DNA of 64,000 bases from an uncultured Actinomycetes bacterium (GTDB lineage Bacteria > Actinomycetota > UBA4738 > HRBIN12): assembly GCA_963704725.1 (NCBI GenBank), contig OY969934.1:2432001-2496000 (forward strand), written 5' to 3'. A model generated the notes under the pieces. It did not search any database. It was not told the DNA's origin and saw only the letters and a program-made list of their open reading frames with translations. Of this stretch, positions 37,615 to 46,482 are shown one piece after another. Both the position numbers and the translations under genes were made by a program. Numbering within the stretch: position 1 is the stretch's first letter; every line of letters starts with the position of its first letter.

Positions 37615-39444
37615 ATGGACGTCGCGACGTTCCTGGCGCAGCATCCGCCGTTCGACACGCTCGACGCCGAGCGATTGGCGCGGGTGGTCTCGGCCGTCGA
37701 GATCGAGCACTTCGCGCCGGGGACGGTGATCCTGCAGCAGGCGGGAGCCCCCGCCACCCACCTGTACGTCCTACGCAAGGGTGCCGTCGAGATCGTGGAC
37801 GACGGCCGGGTGATCGACCAGGTCGGCGAGGGCGAGGTCTTCGGGATGTGGTCGCTCCTCGGCCACGTGGCGCCGGCCGCCACCGTCCGGGCCACGGAGG
37901 ACACCCTGTGCTACCTCGTCGCCGCCGAGGTGGCGAGCGAGGTGCTCGAGAGCGGGGCGGGAGTGGCGTTCGTGGCCCGGCGGGTCGGGCGCCGGATCTC
38001 GGCCGCCGAGCGGGCGCGTGCGGCCGAGGTCGACCCGGGTCGCTACCGGGCCGTCGCCGACCTCGTGCGCCGCCCCCCAGTGACCTGCGAGCCCGACCTC
38101 CCCGTGGCGGAGGCGGCCGAGCTGATGGCCCGGGAGCGCGTCTCGAGCCTCCTGATCCCCTCGCCCGGCGGGGAGACCGGGATCATCACCGACCGCGACC
38201 TCCGCTCCCGCGTCGTGGCGGCCAGGCGGAGCGGCGACACACCGGTGCGCGAGGTCATGACCCCGCGTGCCGAGACCGTGCCCGCCGATGCCATGGCCGG
38301 CGAGGTCCTCCTTCGGATGCTGGAGCGCGGGTTCCACCACCTCCCCGTGACCGGCCCGGACGGGAGGGTGATGGGCATCGTGACCGACACCGATCTCATG
38401 GGCATCGGCCGCGACACGCCCTTCGCGCTGAAGAGCGCGATCGAGCGCGCGACCGATCCCGGGGCGGTCGCCACCGCGCTGCGGGGGCTTCCCGGAGTGG
38501 TGGCTGCCCTCGTCGACTCGACCACCGACCCCGTCGACGTGGGCCACGTTGTCGGGTTCTCGATCGACGCTGCGACGCGCCGCCTGCTCGAGCTCGGGGC
38601 GGCCGAGCTGGGGGAGGCGCCGGCGGCGTGGGCGTGGCTGGCGCTCGGCAGCGCCGCCCGGCAGGAGCAGGCCATCCGGACCGACCAGGACCACGCCCTC
38701 GCGTTCGAGGGCCCGGCGGCCGCGGCGCCGTACCTGGCGAAGCTGGCCGAGATCGTCACGGCCGGCCTCGAGGCCGGCGGCATCGCCCGGTGCAAGGCGG
38801 ACGTCATGGCGACGAACCCGGCGCTGCGGCTTCCCCTCGAGGCCTGGGTCCACCGGTTCGAGGCCTGGATGCGCGAGGACGGACCCATGGGCAGCGAGCA
38901 GCTCTCGATCGTCTTCGACTTCCGCCAGGTGACCGGTGCGCTCGAGGCCGAGCCCGCGCTGGACGAGGCGATGCGCCGGGCGGTCGAGCGGCCCGCGTTC
39001 CTGCGCCACCTCACCCGGCGAGCCCTCGACGATCGGCCACCCACCGGCTTCGTCCGCGACCTCGTCGTGGAGCCGCGGGGCGAGCACGCCGGGACCGTCG
39101 ACGTGAAGCGCCGGGGCATCACGATCGTGTCCAACCTCGCCCGGGCTCACGCGATCGGCCACGGCGTCGTAGCCAAGCGCACGATCGCCCGACTCCGTGG
39201 CGCCGAGGCCGCCGGCGCCGTCGACGCCGAGACGCGCCAGGGCCTCGAGGAGGCGTTCCGCTTCCTGTGGGAGGTGCGCCTGCGCCACCACGTCGAGCGG
39301 TACCGGGCCGGCCTCGAGCTCGACGACTTCGTCGACCCCCATGAGCTGGGATCGGTTGCGCGGCAGGGGTTGAAGGAGGCGTTCCGGATCGTGGCGCGGG
39401 CCCAGAAGCAGCTCGCGCTGGAGCGCGGCCTGCCGCTGCGTTAG
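37615..39444 (+). CDS. cNMP-binding/CBS/DUF294 nucleotidyltransferase-like signalling protein
   Basis: cNMP domain GEVFG, two CBS (GIITDRDLR, HHLPV), NTase GSAARQEQ..TDQD. Confidence 0.9.
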   Translation: MDVATFLAQHPPFDTLDAERLARVVSAVEIEHFAPGTVILQQAGAPATHLYVLRKGAVEIVDDGRVIDQVGEGEVFGMWSLLGHVAPAATVRATEDTLCYLVAAEVASEVLESGAGVAFVARRVGRRISAAERARAAEVDPGRYRAVADLVRRPPVTCEPDLPVAEAAELMARERVSSLLIPSPGGETGIITDRDLRSRVVAARRSGDTPVREVMTPRAETVPADAMAGEVLLRMLERGFHHLPVTGPDGRVMGIVTDTDLMGIGRDTPFALKSAIERATDPGAVATALRGLPGVVAALVDSTTDPVDVGHVVGFSIDAATRRLLELGAAELGEAPAAWAWLALGSAARQEQAIRTDQDHALAFEGPAAAAPYLAKLAEIVTAGLEAGGIARCKADVMATNPALRLPLEAWVHRFEAWMREDGPMGSEQLSIVFDFRQVTGALEAEPALDEAMRRAVERPAFLRHLTRRALDDRPPTGFVRDLVVEPRGEHAGTVDVKRRGITIVSNLARAHAIGHGVVAKRTIARLRGAEAAGAVDAETRQGLEEAFRFLWEVRLRHHVERYRAGLELDDFVDPHELGSVARQGLKEAFRIVARAQKQLALERGLPLR

Positions 39445-40244
39445 CCCTCGGGCTCCCCGGCCTCGGCCCCGGCCAGGGCCGATCCCATGGCGTGGTAGCC
39501 GCCGTCGACGTGCACCAGCTCGCCGGTGATCCCGCGCGCGAGGTCGGACAGGAGGAACGCGATCGCGTCGCCGACGGGTGAGGCGTCGGTGGGATCCCAT
39601 CCGAGCGGCGCGCGGCCGCTCCATCCGTCGGCGAGCTCCTGGAAGCCCGGGATGCCCTTGCCGGCGATCGTCCGAAGCGGCCCCGCCGAGACCGTGTTCA
39701 CGCGGATCCGGTGCGGCCCGAGGTCACGAGCCAGGTACCTCGTGATGGACTCGAGCGACGCCTTCGCCACGCCCATCCAGTCGTAGACCGGCCAGGCCAC
39801 CCGGGCGTCGAAGCCGAGCGCCACGATGGCGCCGCCGGACTCCCGCATGAGCGGGAGCATCCCGGTGGCGATCGCCTTGAGCGAGTAGGCGCTGGTCTGG
39901 ATCGCCGTCGCCACGCTCTCCCAGGGCGTCTGGAGGAAGTTGCCGCCCAGCGCGTCCTGCGGAGCGAACGCGATCGCGTGCAGGAAGCCGTCGATGCGGC
40001 CCCACCGGGAGGACAGCGCGTCCGCGACGGCCTGGATCTGCGCCGGCTCGTTGGCGTCCATCTCCAGGACGTCGGTCGGAGCCGGCAGTCGCCTCGACAC
40101 CCTCTCGGTGAGGCTCATCGCCCGGCCGAACGACGTGAGGATGATCTCGGCGCCCTGCTCCTGCACCGCCTGGGCGGCCGCGTACGCGATCGACTCCCGC
40201 GTGAGGACGCCCGTGACCAGCAGCCTCTTGCCCTCGAGCAACAT
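39441..40244 (-). CDS. fabI: Enoyl-ACP reductase (InhA-type FabI)
   Basis: SIA, HAIAFAP, YDWMGVAKA, AGPLRT, HVDGG. Confidence 0.95.
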   Translation of the reverse strand: MLLEGKRLLVTGVLTRESIAYAAAQAVQEQGAEIILTSFGRAMSLTERVSRRLPAPTDVLEMDANEPAQIQAVADALSSRWGRIDGFLHAIAFAPQDALGGNFLQTPWESVATAIQTSAYSLKAIATGMLPLMRESGGAIVALGFDARVAWPVYDWMGVAKASLESITRYLARDLGPHRIRVNTVSAGPLRTIAGKGIPGFQELADGWSGRAPLGWDPTDASPVGDAIAFLLSDLARGITGELVHVDGGYHAMGSALAGAEAGEPEG

Positions 40245-40297
40245 CCCACTCCCTCTCGCGACAGGACGATCCCGGGCATGCTATCCGTATCGGGGAC

Positions 40298-41302
40298 ATG
40301 GACCTGCGAGCCGCGCCGAAGGTCGACCTGCATCGGCACCTGGAGGGGGCGATCCGCCTCCAGACCCTCATCGACCTCGCCCGCGAGGCCGGCGAGCCCC
40401 TGCCGGAGACCTCGCCCCAGGAGCTCGCCCCGCGAGCGCAGGTGCTCGGCCCGATGACGAGCCTCGAGGCGGTGCTCGCGTTCTTCGGCATCGCCCAGCA
40501 GGCTTTCCGCGACCCGGAGGCCGCCGAGCGGATCGCCTTCGAGGCGGTCGAGGACCTCGCGATCGACGGGGTTCGCCTGGCGGAGCTGCGGTTCTCGCCC
40601 GACTTCCTGTGCCGGCCGCACGGGCTCGATTGGGACGAGGCGTTCGGGGCGATCGTGCGGGGCGTCGAGCGCGCCTGTAGCCAGCACGACGTGACGATCG
40701 GCCTGATCCCGATCGTCTCCAGGAACTACGGGATGGAAAGCGCCGAGCGGACGGTGGCGTTCGCGCTGCGACACCGGGACCAGCTCGTGGGGTTCGACCT
40801 CGCCGACGAGGAGCGCTCGTTCCCGCCGTCGATGTTCGTCGACGTGCTGGCCCCGTTGGCCGACGCGAACCTTCCGCTCACGGCGCACTACGGGGAGGCC
40901 GGCGGCGCCCAGTACCCGCGCGAGGCGATCGAGGCGCTCGGCGTCCGGCGGCTCGGTCACGGCGTCAGCGTCGCGGAGGACCCGGAGGTCACGGCGCTGG
41001 CCCGAGATCGCGGCGTGACCCTGGAGATGTGTCCGACCTCGAACTATCGAACACACACCGTCGAACGGCTGGCCGACCATCCCGCCCGACGGCTGCTCGA
41101 TCAGGGTGTGCTCGTCACCATCAACACGGACGACCCCGGGTTGTTCGGGATCACGCTGTCGCACGAGCTCGAGGTGTGCCGCAACGACCTCGGCTTCACC
41201 GACGACGAGCTGCGCCGCGTGACCCAGATCGCGATCGACGCGAGCTTCGTCGACGAGGCCACCAAAGCCGTTGTCCGCAGGCGCCATTTCGATCGCGCCT
41301 AG
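40298..41302 (+). CDS. add: Adenosine deaminase
   Basis: DLHRHLEG, HYGE, RLGHG, CPTSN, NTDDP. Confidence 0.93.
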   Translation: MDLRAAPKVDLHRHLEGAIRLQTLIDLAREAGEPLPETSPQELAPRAQVLGPMTSLEAVLAFFGIAQQAFRDPEAAERIAFEAVEDLAIDGVRLAELRFSPDFLCRPHGLDWDEAFGAIVRGVERACSQHDVTIGLIPIVSRNYGMESAERTVAFALRHRDQLVGFDLADEERSFPPSMFVDVLAPLADANLPLTAHYGEAGGAQYPREAIEALGVRRLGHGVSVAEDPEVTALARDRGVTLEMCPTSNYRTHTVERLADHPARRLLDQGVLVTINTDDPGLFGITLSHELEVCRNDLGFTDDELRRVTQIAIDASFVDEATKAVVRRRHFDRA

Positions 41303-41351
41303 CTGGCCGATTCGTCCATCTACCTGCGGGTTCACCTAGCCCTGCGTCCCT

Positions 41352-41389
41352 GGGGCGTTCGCCCCTGTAGATGACGGGACACTTGGGCG
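41352..41389. promoter_or_regulatory. Paired DosR/DevR-like boxes upstream of hdrC
   Basis: Palindrome GGGGC-GTTC-GCCCC (41352-65) and GGGAC-ACTT-GGGCG 24 bp downstream. Confidence 0.4.
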
Positions 41390-41439
41390 ATGGTGCGGGG
41401 GTAGCGCAGTGTTCGTGACGCAGGAGGGCAGCCATCGCT

Positions 41440-42072
41440 ATGCGGACGAACGGAACGCTGACGGAGGCGCCGCGCGAGACCGACGCCCGGAAGAAGTGGC
41501 GACCGGTCAAGGACCAGTCGAAGTTCGAGGCCCAGCTCGACCCGGGGTTCGCCGCGGAGATCGCTCGAGAGGTTCCCGGCGGAGAGCTCTTGCACCAGTG
41601 CATCCAGTGCGGCACCTGCAGCTCGGTGTGCCCGCTGAGCGCGTACATGGACTTCACGCCCCGGCGGCTGATCGCGATGACCAGAGCCGGCGACCGGGCT
41701 GACGTCCTGCACAGCATGACGCCTTGGGTGTGCGCTTCGTGCTACGCGTGCACGGTCGAGTGCCCCAAGCGGATCCCGATCACCGAGATCATGCACGCGT
41801 TGCGGCGGATCTCGTTGCGGGAGAAGACGTACCCGCGACGGTTCACCACACCGGTCATGACCCGGGAGTTCGTCGACATGATCCGTGCTCGCGGACGAAG
41901 CACCGAGGCCTGGATCTCGTTGAAGCTCTACCTGAGGACCAACCCGGCCCTGCTGATCAAGAACGCGAAGCTCGGGGCGCGGCTGTTCCGCCAGGGGCGC
42001 CTGAGCGCGAGGCGTGAATCCATCCGGGCCCGGCGGGATCTGCAGACGCTGCTCAAGGCGGCGGCGTCATGA
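41440..42072 (+). CDS. hdrC: Heterodisulfide reductase subunit C
   Basis: CIQCGTCSSVCP and WVCASCYACTVECP; first gene of the hdr-mvh operon. Confidence 0.93.
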   Translation: MRTNGTLTEAPRETDARKKWRPVKDQSKFEAQLDPGFAAEIAREVPGGELLHQCIQCGTCSSVCPLSAYMDFTPRRLIAMTRAGDRADVLHSMTPWVCASCYACTVECPKRIPITEIMHALRRISLREKTYPRRFTTPVMTREFVDMIRARGRSTEAWISLKLYLRTNPALLIKNAKLGARLFRQGRLSARRESIRARRDLQTLLKAAAS

Positions 42073-43007
42073 GGTACGCCTACTACCCCGGCTGCTCGGC
42101 GAAGGGTGTCGGCCGCGCATTCAGCGAGTCGCTGGACGCGGTCTTCGAGCACCTCGGCTCGGGCCTGGACGAGCTGGACGACTGGAACTGCTGCGGCGCC
42201 ACGGCATGGCCCTCCGTGGACCAGAACCAGGCGTACGCGCTCTCCGCTCGGAACCTGGCGCTCGCGGAGGACGCCGCCGAGGGCGACCGCCCGGTCGACC
42301 TCCTTGCGTCGTGCACCGGCTGCTACCGCGCGCTGCTCAAGGCGGAGGAGGCGCTCGGCGAGGGAGGCGCCGCCGGCCGCAAGATCGGGGGGGCGCTCGC
42401 CGCCATCGGCCTGGACTTCGAGGGCCGCGCCCGGACGCGTCATCCCGTCGACATCCTTCTGAACGACATCGGTATCGAGGCGATCTCGAAGGCGGTCGTC
42501 CGACCCCTCACGGGCGTGAGGGTGGTGAGCTACTACGGGTGCCAGCTCGTCCGGCCGTTCGCGGCGTTCGACGACCAGTGGAATCCGACGTCGATGGATC
42601 GACTCATCGCGGCCATCGGCGCCGAGCCGGTGGATTGGCCGCTCAAGTCGCGGTGCTGCGGCGGGTCCTGCTACTGCGGCGGGCCCGTCATCGGCACGAT
42701 GCCCGAGGCCACGATGCAGCTCAGCCACGCGCTGCTCCGGGAGGCGACGAAGCGCGGCGCGGACGTCATCGCGACGATCTGCCCGCTCTGCCATTTCAAC
42801 CTGGAGGGCTTCCAGGACCGCATGACGCGTCGATTCGGGCACCCCCACGACATGTCGGTCGCGTTCATCTCGCAGTTGATCGGGATCGCGCTCGGGATCG
42901 ACGAGCGGAGCCTCGGGATCCACCGGCTGTTGCGCTGGCGACTGCCCGAGCACGAGGCGGCCCCCGAGGCCACGTCGACGGAGGGAGGCGTCCATGCTCG
43001 AGCCTGA
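42069..43007 (+). CDS. hdrB: Heterodisulfide reductase subunit B (two CCG domains)
   Basis: YYPGC, WNCCGA, CTGC, YYGCQ, CCGG, CPLC. Confidence 0.93.
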   Translation: MRYAYYPGCSAKGVGRAFSESLDAVFEHLGSGLDELDDWNCCGATAWPSVDQNQAYALSARNLALAEDAAEGDRPVDLLASCTGCYRALLKAEEALGEGGAAGRKIGGALAAIGLDFEGRARTRHPVDILLNDIGIEAISKAVVRPLTGVRVVSYYGCQLVRPFAAFDDQWNPTSMDRLIAAIGAEPVDWPLKSRCCGGSCYCGGPVIGTMPEATMQLSHALLREATKRGADVIATICPLCHFNLEGFQDRMTRRFGHPHDMSVAFISQLIGIALGIDERSLGIHRLLRWRLPEHEAAPEATSTEGGVHARA

Positions 43008-45018
43008 GGGCGCCCTCGCTTCCGCGCCCGTCTCCGCGAACGGCGGCCCCAAGATCGGCGTCTACGTCTGCCACTGCGGCCTCAACATCGCCGGCAAGGT
43101 CGACGTGCCGGCCGTGGTCGGGTTCGCCTCGGGCCTGCCCGACGTCGCCGTAGCGCGCGAGTACAAGTTCATGTGCTCGGACCCGGGCCAGGAGATGATC
43201 GAGAAGGACCTGCGCGACGGCCTCGTCAACCGCGTCGTCGTCGCGTCGTGCTCTCCGTTGATGCACGAGGCCACGTTCCGCCGCGCCACGGCCAAGGGGG
43301 GGCAGAGCCCCTTCTACTTCCAGATGGCGAGCATCCGGGAGCACGTCTCGTGGGTGACCGCCGACGGGGACCGGGCCACCGAGAAGGCCAAGGCCCTGGT
43401 GGCGGCCGCGGTCCGCCGCGTGGCGCTGCACGAGTACCTCGAACCCCGCAAGGCCGAGGTCCGGCCGGACGTGTTGATCGTCGGCGCCGGCATCGCCGGG
43501 ATCCACGCCGCCCTGACGCTCGCGGAGGCCGGCAAGCACGTCTACCTCGTCGAGCGCGAGACCACGATCGGCGGCCACATGGCCAAGTTCGACAAGACGT
43601 TCCCGACGCTGGACTGCGCGGCCTGCATCCTCACGCCGAAGATGTCCTCGGTGCGCTCGCACCCGAACATCACGCTGTGGACGTACTCGGACGTCGTCGG
43701 CGTCGAGGGCTTCACGGGCGACTTCACCGTCAGGGTCCGCCACCGTCCGCGGTACGTGCGCGAGGACCTCTGCACGGGGTGCCTCGAATGCATCGAGAAG
43801 TGCATCCACAAGCAGGGCAAGTTCGAGGACGAGTGGAACGAGGGACTCTCCAAGCGCAAGCCGATCTACATCCCGTTCCCGCAGGCGACGCCCCCGGTGG
43901 TCGTCGTGGATCCGGACACGTGCATCTGGTTCAAGACCGGCAAGTGCCCCCAGACGTGCATCGAGGCCTGCGAGCGCGACGCGTTCGACTTCGAGCAGAC
44001 CGAGACGTTCGACGAGGTGAAGGTGGGCGCGATCGTCCTCGCGACCGGGTTCAAGACCTTCGACGCCTCGAAGATGCCCGAGTACGGATACGGCCTCTAC
44101 CCGAGGGTCTACACGAGCCTGGAGGTGGAGCGGCTGCTGAACGCGGCCGGGCCGACGAACGGCGAAGTGGTGCTCAGGGACGGCTCGACGCCCAAGGTGG
44201 TCGGGATCATCCACTGCGTGGGCTCTCGGGACGCCAAGCACAACCTGTGGTGCTCGAAGGTGTGCTGCATGTACTCGCTGAAGCTCGCGCACATGGTGAA
44301 GGAGCGCACCGGCGCCGAAGTCTACAACTTCTACATCGACATGCGCACCCCGGGGAAGGGATACGAGGAGTTCTACGACAAGATCCTCAAAGAAGGCGTG
44401 CACATGGTGCGGGGCCGGGTCGCGGGCGTGAGCGACGAGGCCGCGTCACCCGAGGAAGAGGGGCACCTGGTCATCCGGGCCGAGGACACCCTGATCGGAT
44501 CGGTGCGAAGGATCCCGGTCGACATGGTGATCCTCGCGGTCGGCATCGAGCCGCGGCCCGACGCGCAGGACGTGCGACGGCTCTTCAACATCTCCTGCGG
44601 CGGCGAGGGGTTCTTCACGGAGCGCCACCCCAAGCTCGCGCCGGTGTCGACGTTCACCGACGGCGTGTTCCTCGCCGGCGCGTGCCAGGGCCCCAAGGAC
44701 ATCCCCGACACCGTCGCCCAGGCCGGCGCCGCGGCGGCCGAAGCGCTAGCGATGATCGACCGCGGCTTCGTGATGCTCGAGGCGAACACGGCACACATCG
44801 ACGAGGACGCCTGCTCGGGCTGCAAGACGTGCGTCGGCCTGTGTCCCTTCGGCGCGATCTCCTTCGACGAGGAACGCAAGAAGGCGTCCGTGAACGAGGT
44901 GGTGTGCAAGGGCTGCGGCGTGTGCGTCGGGGCCTGCCCGTCGGGCGCCGCGCAGCAACACCTGTTCACCGACGCGGAGATCCTCTCCGAGATCGAGGGG
45001 GTGCTGGCGTATGTCTGA
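42994..45018 (+). CDS. hdrA: Heterodisulfide reductase subunit A (FAD, Fe-S)
   Basis: VCHCGLNI, GAGIAG, KTFPTLDC, LEVERL, HCVGSRD, CSKVCCMYSLK, GACQGPKDI, C-terminal 2x[4Fe-4S]. Confidence 0.96.
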   Translation: MLEPEGALASAPVSANGGPKIGVYVCHCGLNIAGKVDVPAVVGFASGLPDVAVAREYKFMCSDPGQEMIEKDLRDGLVNRVVVASCSPLMHEATFRRATAKGGQSPFYFQMASIREHVSWVTADGDRATEKAKALVAAAVRRVALHEYLEPRKAEVRPDVLIVGAGIAGIHAALTLAEAGKHVYLVERETTIGGHMAKFDKTFPTLDCAACILTPKMSSVRSHPNITLWTYSDVVGVEGFTGDFTVRVRHRPRYVREDLCTGCLECIEKCIHKQGKFEDEWNEGLSKRKPIYIPFPQATPPVVVVDPDTCIWFKTGKCPQTCIEACERDAFDFEQTETFDEVKVGAIVLATGFKTFDASKMPEYGYGLYPRVYTSLEVERLLNAAGPTNGEVVLRDGSTPKVVGIIHCVGSRDAKHNLWCSKVCCMYSLKLAHMVKERTGAEVYNFYIDMRTPGKGYEEFYDKILKEGVHMVRGRVAGVSDEAASPEEEGHLVIRAEDTLIGSVRRIPVDMVILAVGIEPRPDAQDVRRLFNISCGGEGFFTERHPKLAPVSTFTDGVFLAGACQGPKDIPDTVAQAGAAAAEALAMIDRGFVMLEANTAHIDEDACSGCKTCVGLCPFGAISFDEERKKASVNEVVCKGCGVCVGACPSGAAQQHLFTDAEILSEIEGVLAYV

Positions 45019-45493
45019 GACGATGCCCGAGCCCTTCGAGCCGCGGATCGTGGCGTTCTTCTGCAACTGGTGCACCTACACCGCCGCCGACCTCGCCGGC
45101 ATCTCGAGGATGACGTACGCGCCGAACGTGCGGGCGATCCGGCTGATGTGCTCCGGTCGGGTGGACCCGCAGTTCGTGCTGGCGGCCTTCCGGGGCGGCG
45201 CCGACGGCGTGCTGATCGGCGGATGCCACCCGGGCGACTGCCACTACCAAGAGGGCAACTACAACGCCCTGCGAAGGTTCGAGCTCCTTCGCTCGATGCT
45301 CGAGCAGATGGGCATCGAGCGGGAGCGGATCCGCCTCGAGTGGATCTCGGCGTCAGAGGGCGATCGCGTCCAGCGGGTCTGCAACGAGATGACCGAGCAG
45401 GTCCGGGCCCTCGGCCCCCTGCAGCTCGCGATCCCCCAGCGCGTTGGGGCACCGGCCCCGGCGGTGGAGCTCGTGCTGGAGGCGTCGTCATGA
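45011..45493 (+). CDS. mvhD: MvhD [2Fe-2S] subunit
   Basis: FCNWC, MCSGRV, GCHPGDCHY, WISASEG. Confidence 0.95.
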   Translation: MSETMPEPFEPRIVAFFCNWCTYTAADLAGISRMTYAPNVRAIRLMCSGRVDPQFVLAAFRGGADGVLIGGCHPGDCHYQEGNYNALRRFELLRSMLEQMGIERERIRLEWISASEGDRVQRVCNEMTEQVRALGPLQLAIPQRVGAPAPAVELVLEASS

Positions 45494-46482
45494 CCAAGCC
45501 GAAGGTCGCCTTCTACTGGTGCGCCTCGTGCGGCGGCTGCGAGGAGGCCGTCGTCGACCTCGCCGAGGTGGTGCTCGACGTGGTCGAGGCGGTCGACATC
45601 GTCTTCTGGCCGGTGGCGCTGGACTTCAAGGTCTCCGATGTCGAGGCCATGGCGGACGGCGAGCTCGCCGCGACGTTCGTCAACGGCGCGATCCGCACCT
45701 CCGAGCAGCGCGAGATGGCCGAGCTGCTGCGGCGCAAGTCCGGCGCCATCGTGGCGTTCGGGGCGTGCGCGTGGCTCGGCGGCATCCCCGGACTGGCGAA
45801 CCTGTCGAGCCGCGAGTCGATCCTCGAGTTCGTCTACCACGCCTCGCCCAGCGTCCAGGACGGAGCCGGCGTGGCGCCGCAGGAGCTCACCGAGGTGCCC
45901 GAGGGCAGCCTCACGCTCCCCCACTTCGAAGAGACCGTTCGCACGCTCGACCAGGTGATCGACGTCGACTACTACCTTCCCGGCTGCCCGCCGCCGTCGA
46001 GTCTCATCGCCCAGGCGGTGATGGCGCTCGTCGAGGGCCGGCTGCCCGAGAAGGGCTCGGTCCTCGCACCCGACGTGGCCCTGTGTGCCGAGTGCCCACG
46101 CGCCGACTCCAAGCCCCAGGATCTGAAGATCGGCGCATTCAAACGGCCGTACGAGATCGTCGCGGATCCCGAGACCTGCCTGCTCGCGCAGGGGCTGGTG
46201 TGCCTGGGACCGGCCACGCGCTCGGGGTGCGGCGCCGTGTGCGTCGGCGCGAACATGCCGTGCACCGGATGCATGGGCCCCACGAGCCGCGTGATCGATC
46301 ACGGCGCCAAGGCTCTGGCAGCCATCGCGTCGCTCATCGACGCGAGCGAGGAGCCCGAGGTCGCCGCCATCGCTGACGGGATCGTCGACCCGGTCGGAAC
46401 GTTCTACCGATACAGCTTGCCGGCCTCCCTCCTGCACCGTCGGGTGGAGAAGGCGTCCGCATCGAGGGGGTCCTCGTCATGA
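45490..46482 (+). CDS. mvhG: Group 3c [NiFe]-hydrogenase small subunit
   Basis: WCASCGGC, FGAC, LPGCPP, CAECP, CLGPATRSGC, PCTGC. Confidence 0.93.
   Translation: MTKPKVAFYWCASCGGCEEAVVDLAEVVLDVVEAVDIVFWPVALDFKVSDVEAMADGELAATFVNGAIRTSEQREMAELLRRKSGAIVAFGACAWLGGIPGLANLSSRESILEFVYHASPSVQDGAGVAPQELTEVPEGSLTLPHFEETVRTLDQVIDVDYYLPGCPPPSSLIAQAVMALVEGRLPEKGSVLAPDVALCAECPRADSKPQDLKIGAFKRPYEIVADPETCLLAQGLVCLGPATRSGCGAVCVGANMPCTGCMGPTSRVIDHGAKALAAIASLIDASEEPEVAAIADGIVDPVGTFYRYSLPASLLHRRVEKASASRGSSS

Noticed and set aside
34942-39444. 1500-aa ORF
   Set aside because: Only 37615 onward is protein-like; the rest is off-frame or antisense read-through over selD, pfkB and the amidohydrolase, typical of high-GC DNA.
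26233-41302. Kongming-like defence system (adenosine deaminase + HAM1)
   Set aside because: rdgB is in its housekeeping rph operon, add is 13 kb away, and no SIR2 effector is present.
41440-45018. Methanogenesis, sulfur-oxidising sHdr or Flx-Hdr system
   Set aside because: No mcr, lipoate-binding protein, tusA/dsrE, hdrC2B2 or flx genes in the window; the partner is an Mvh hydrogenase.
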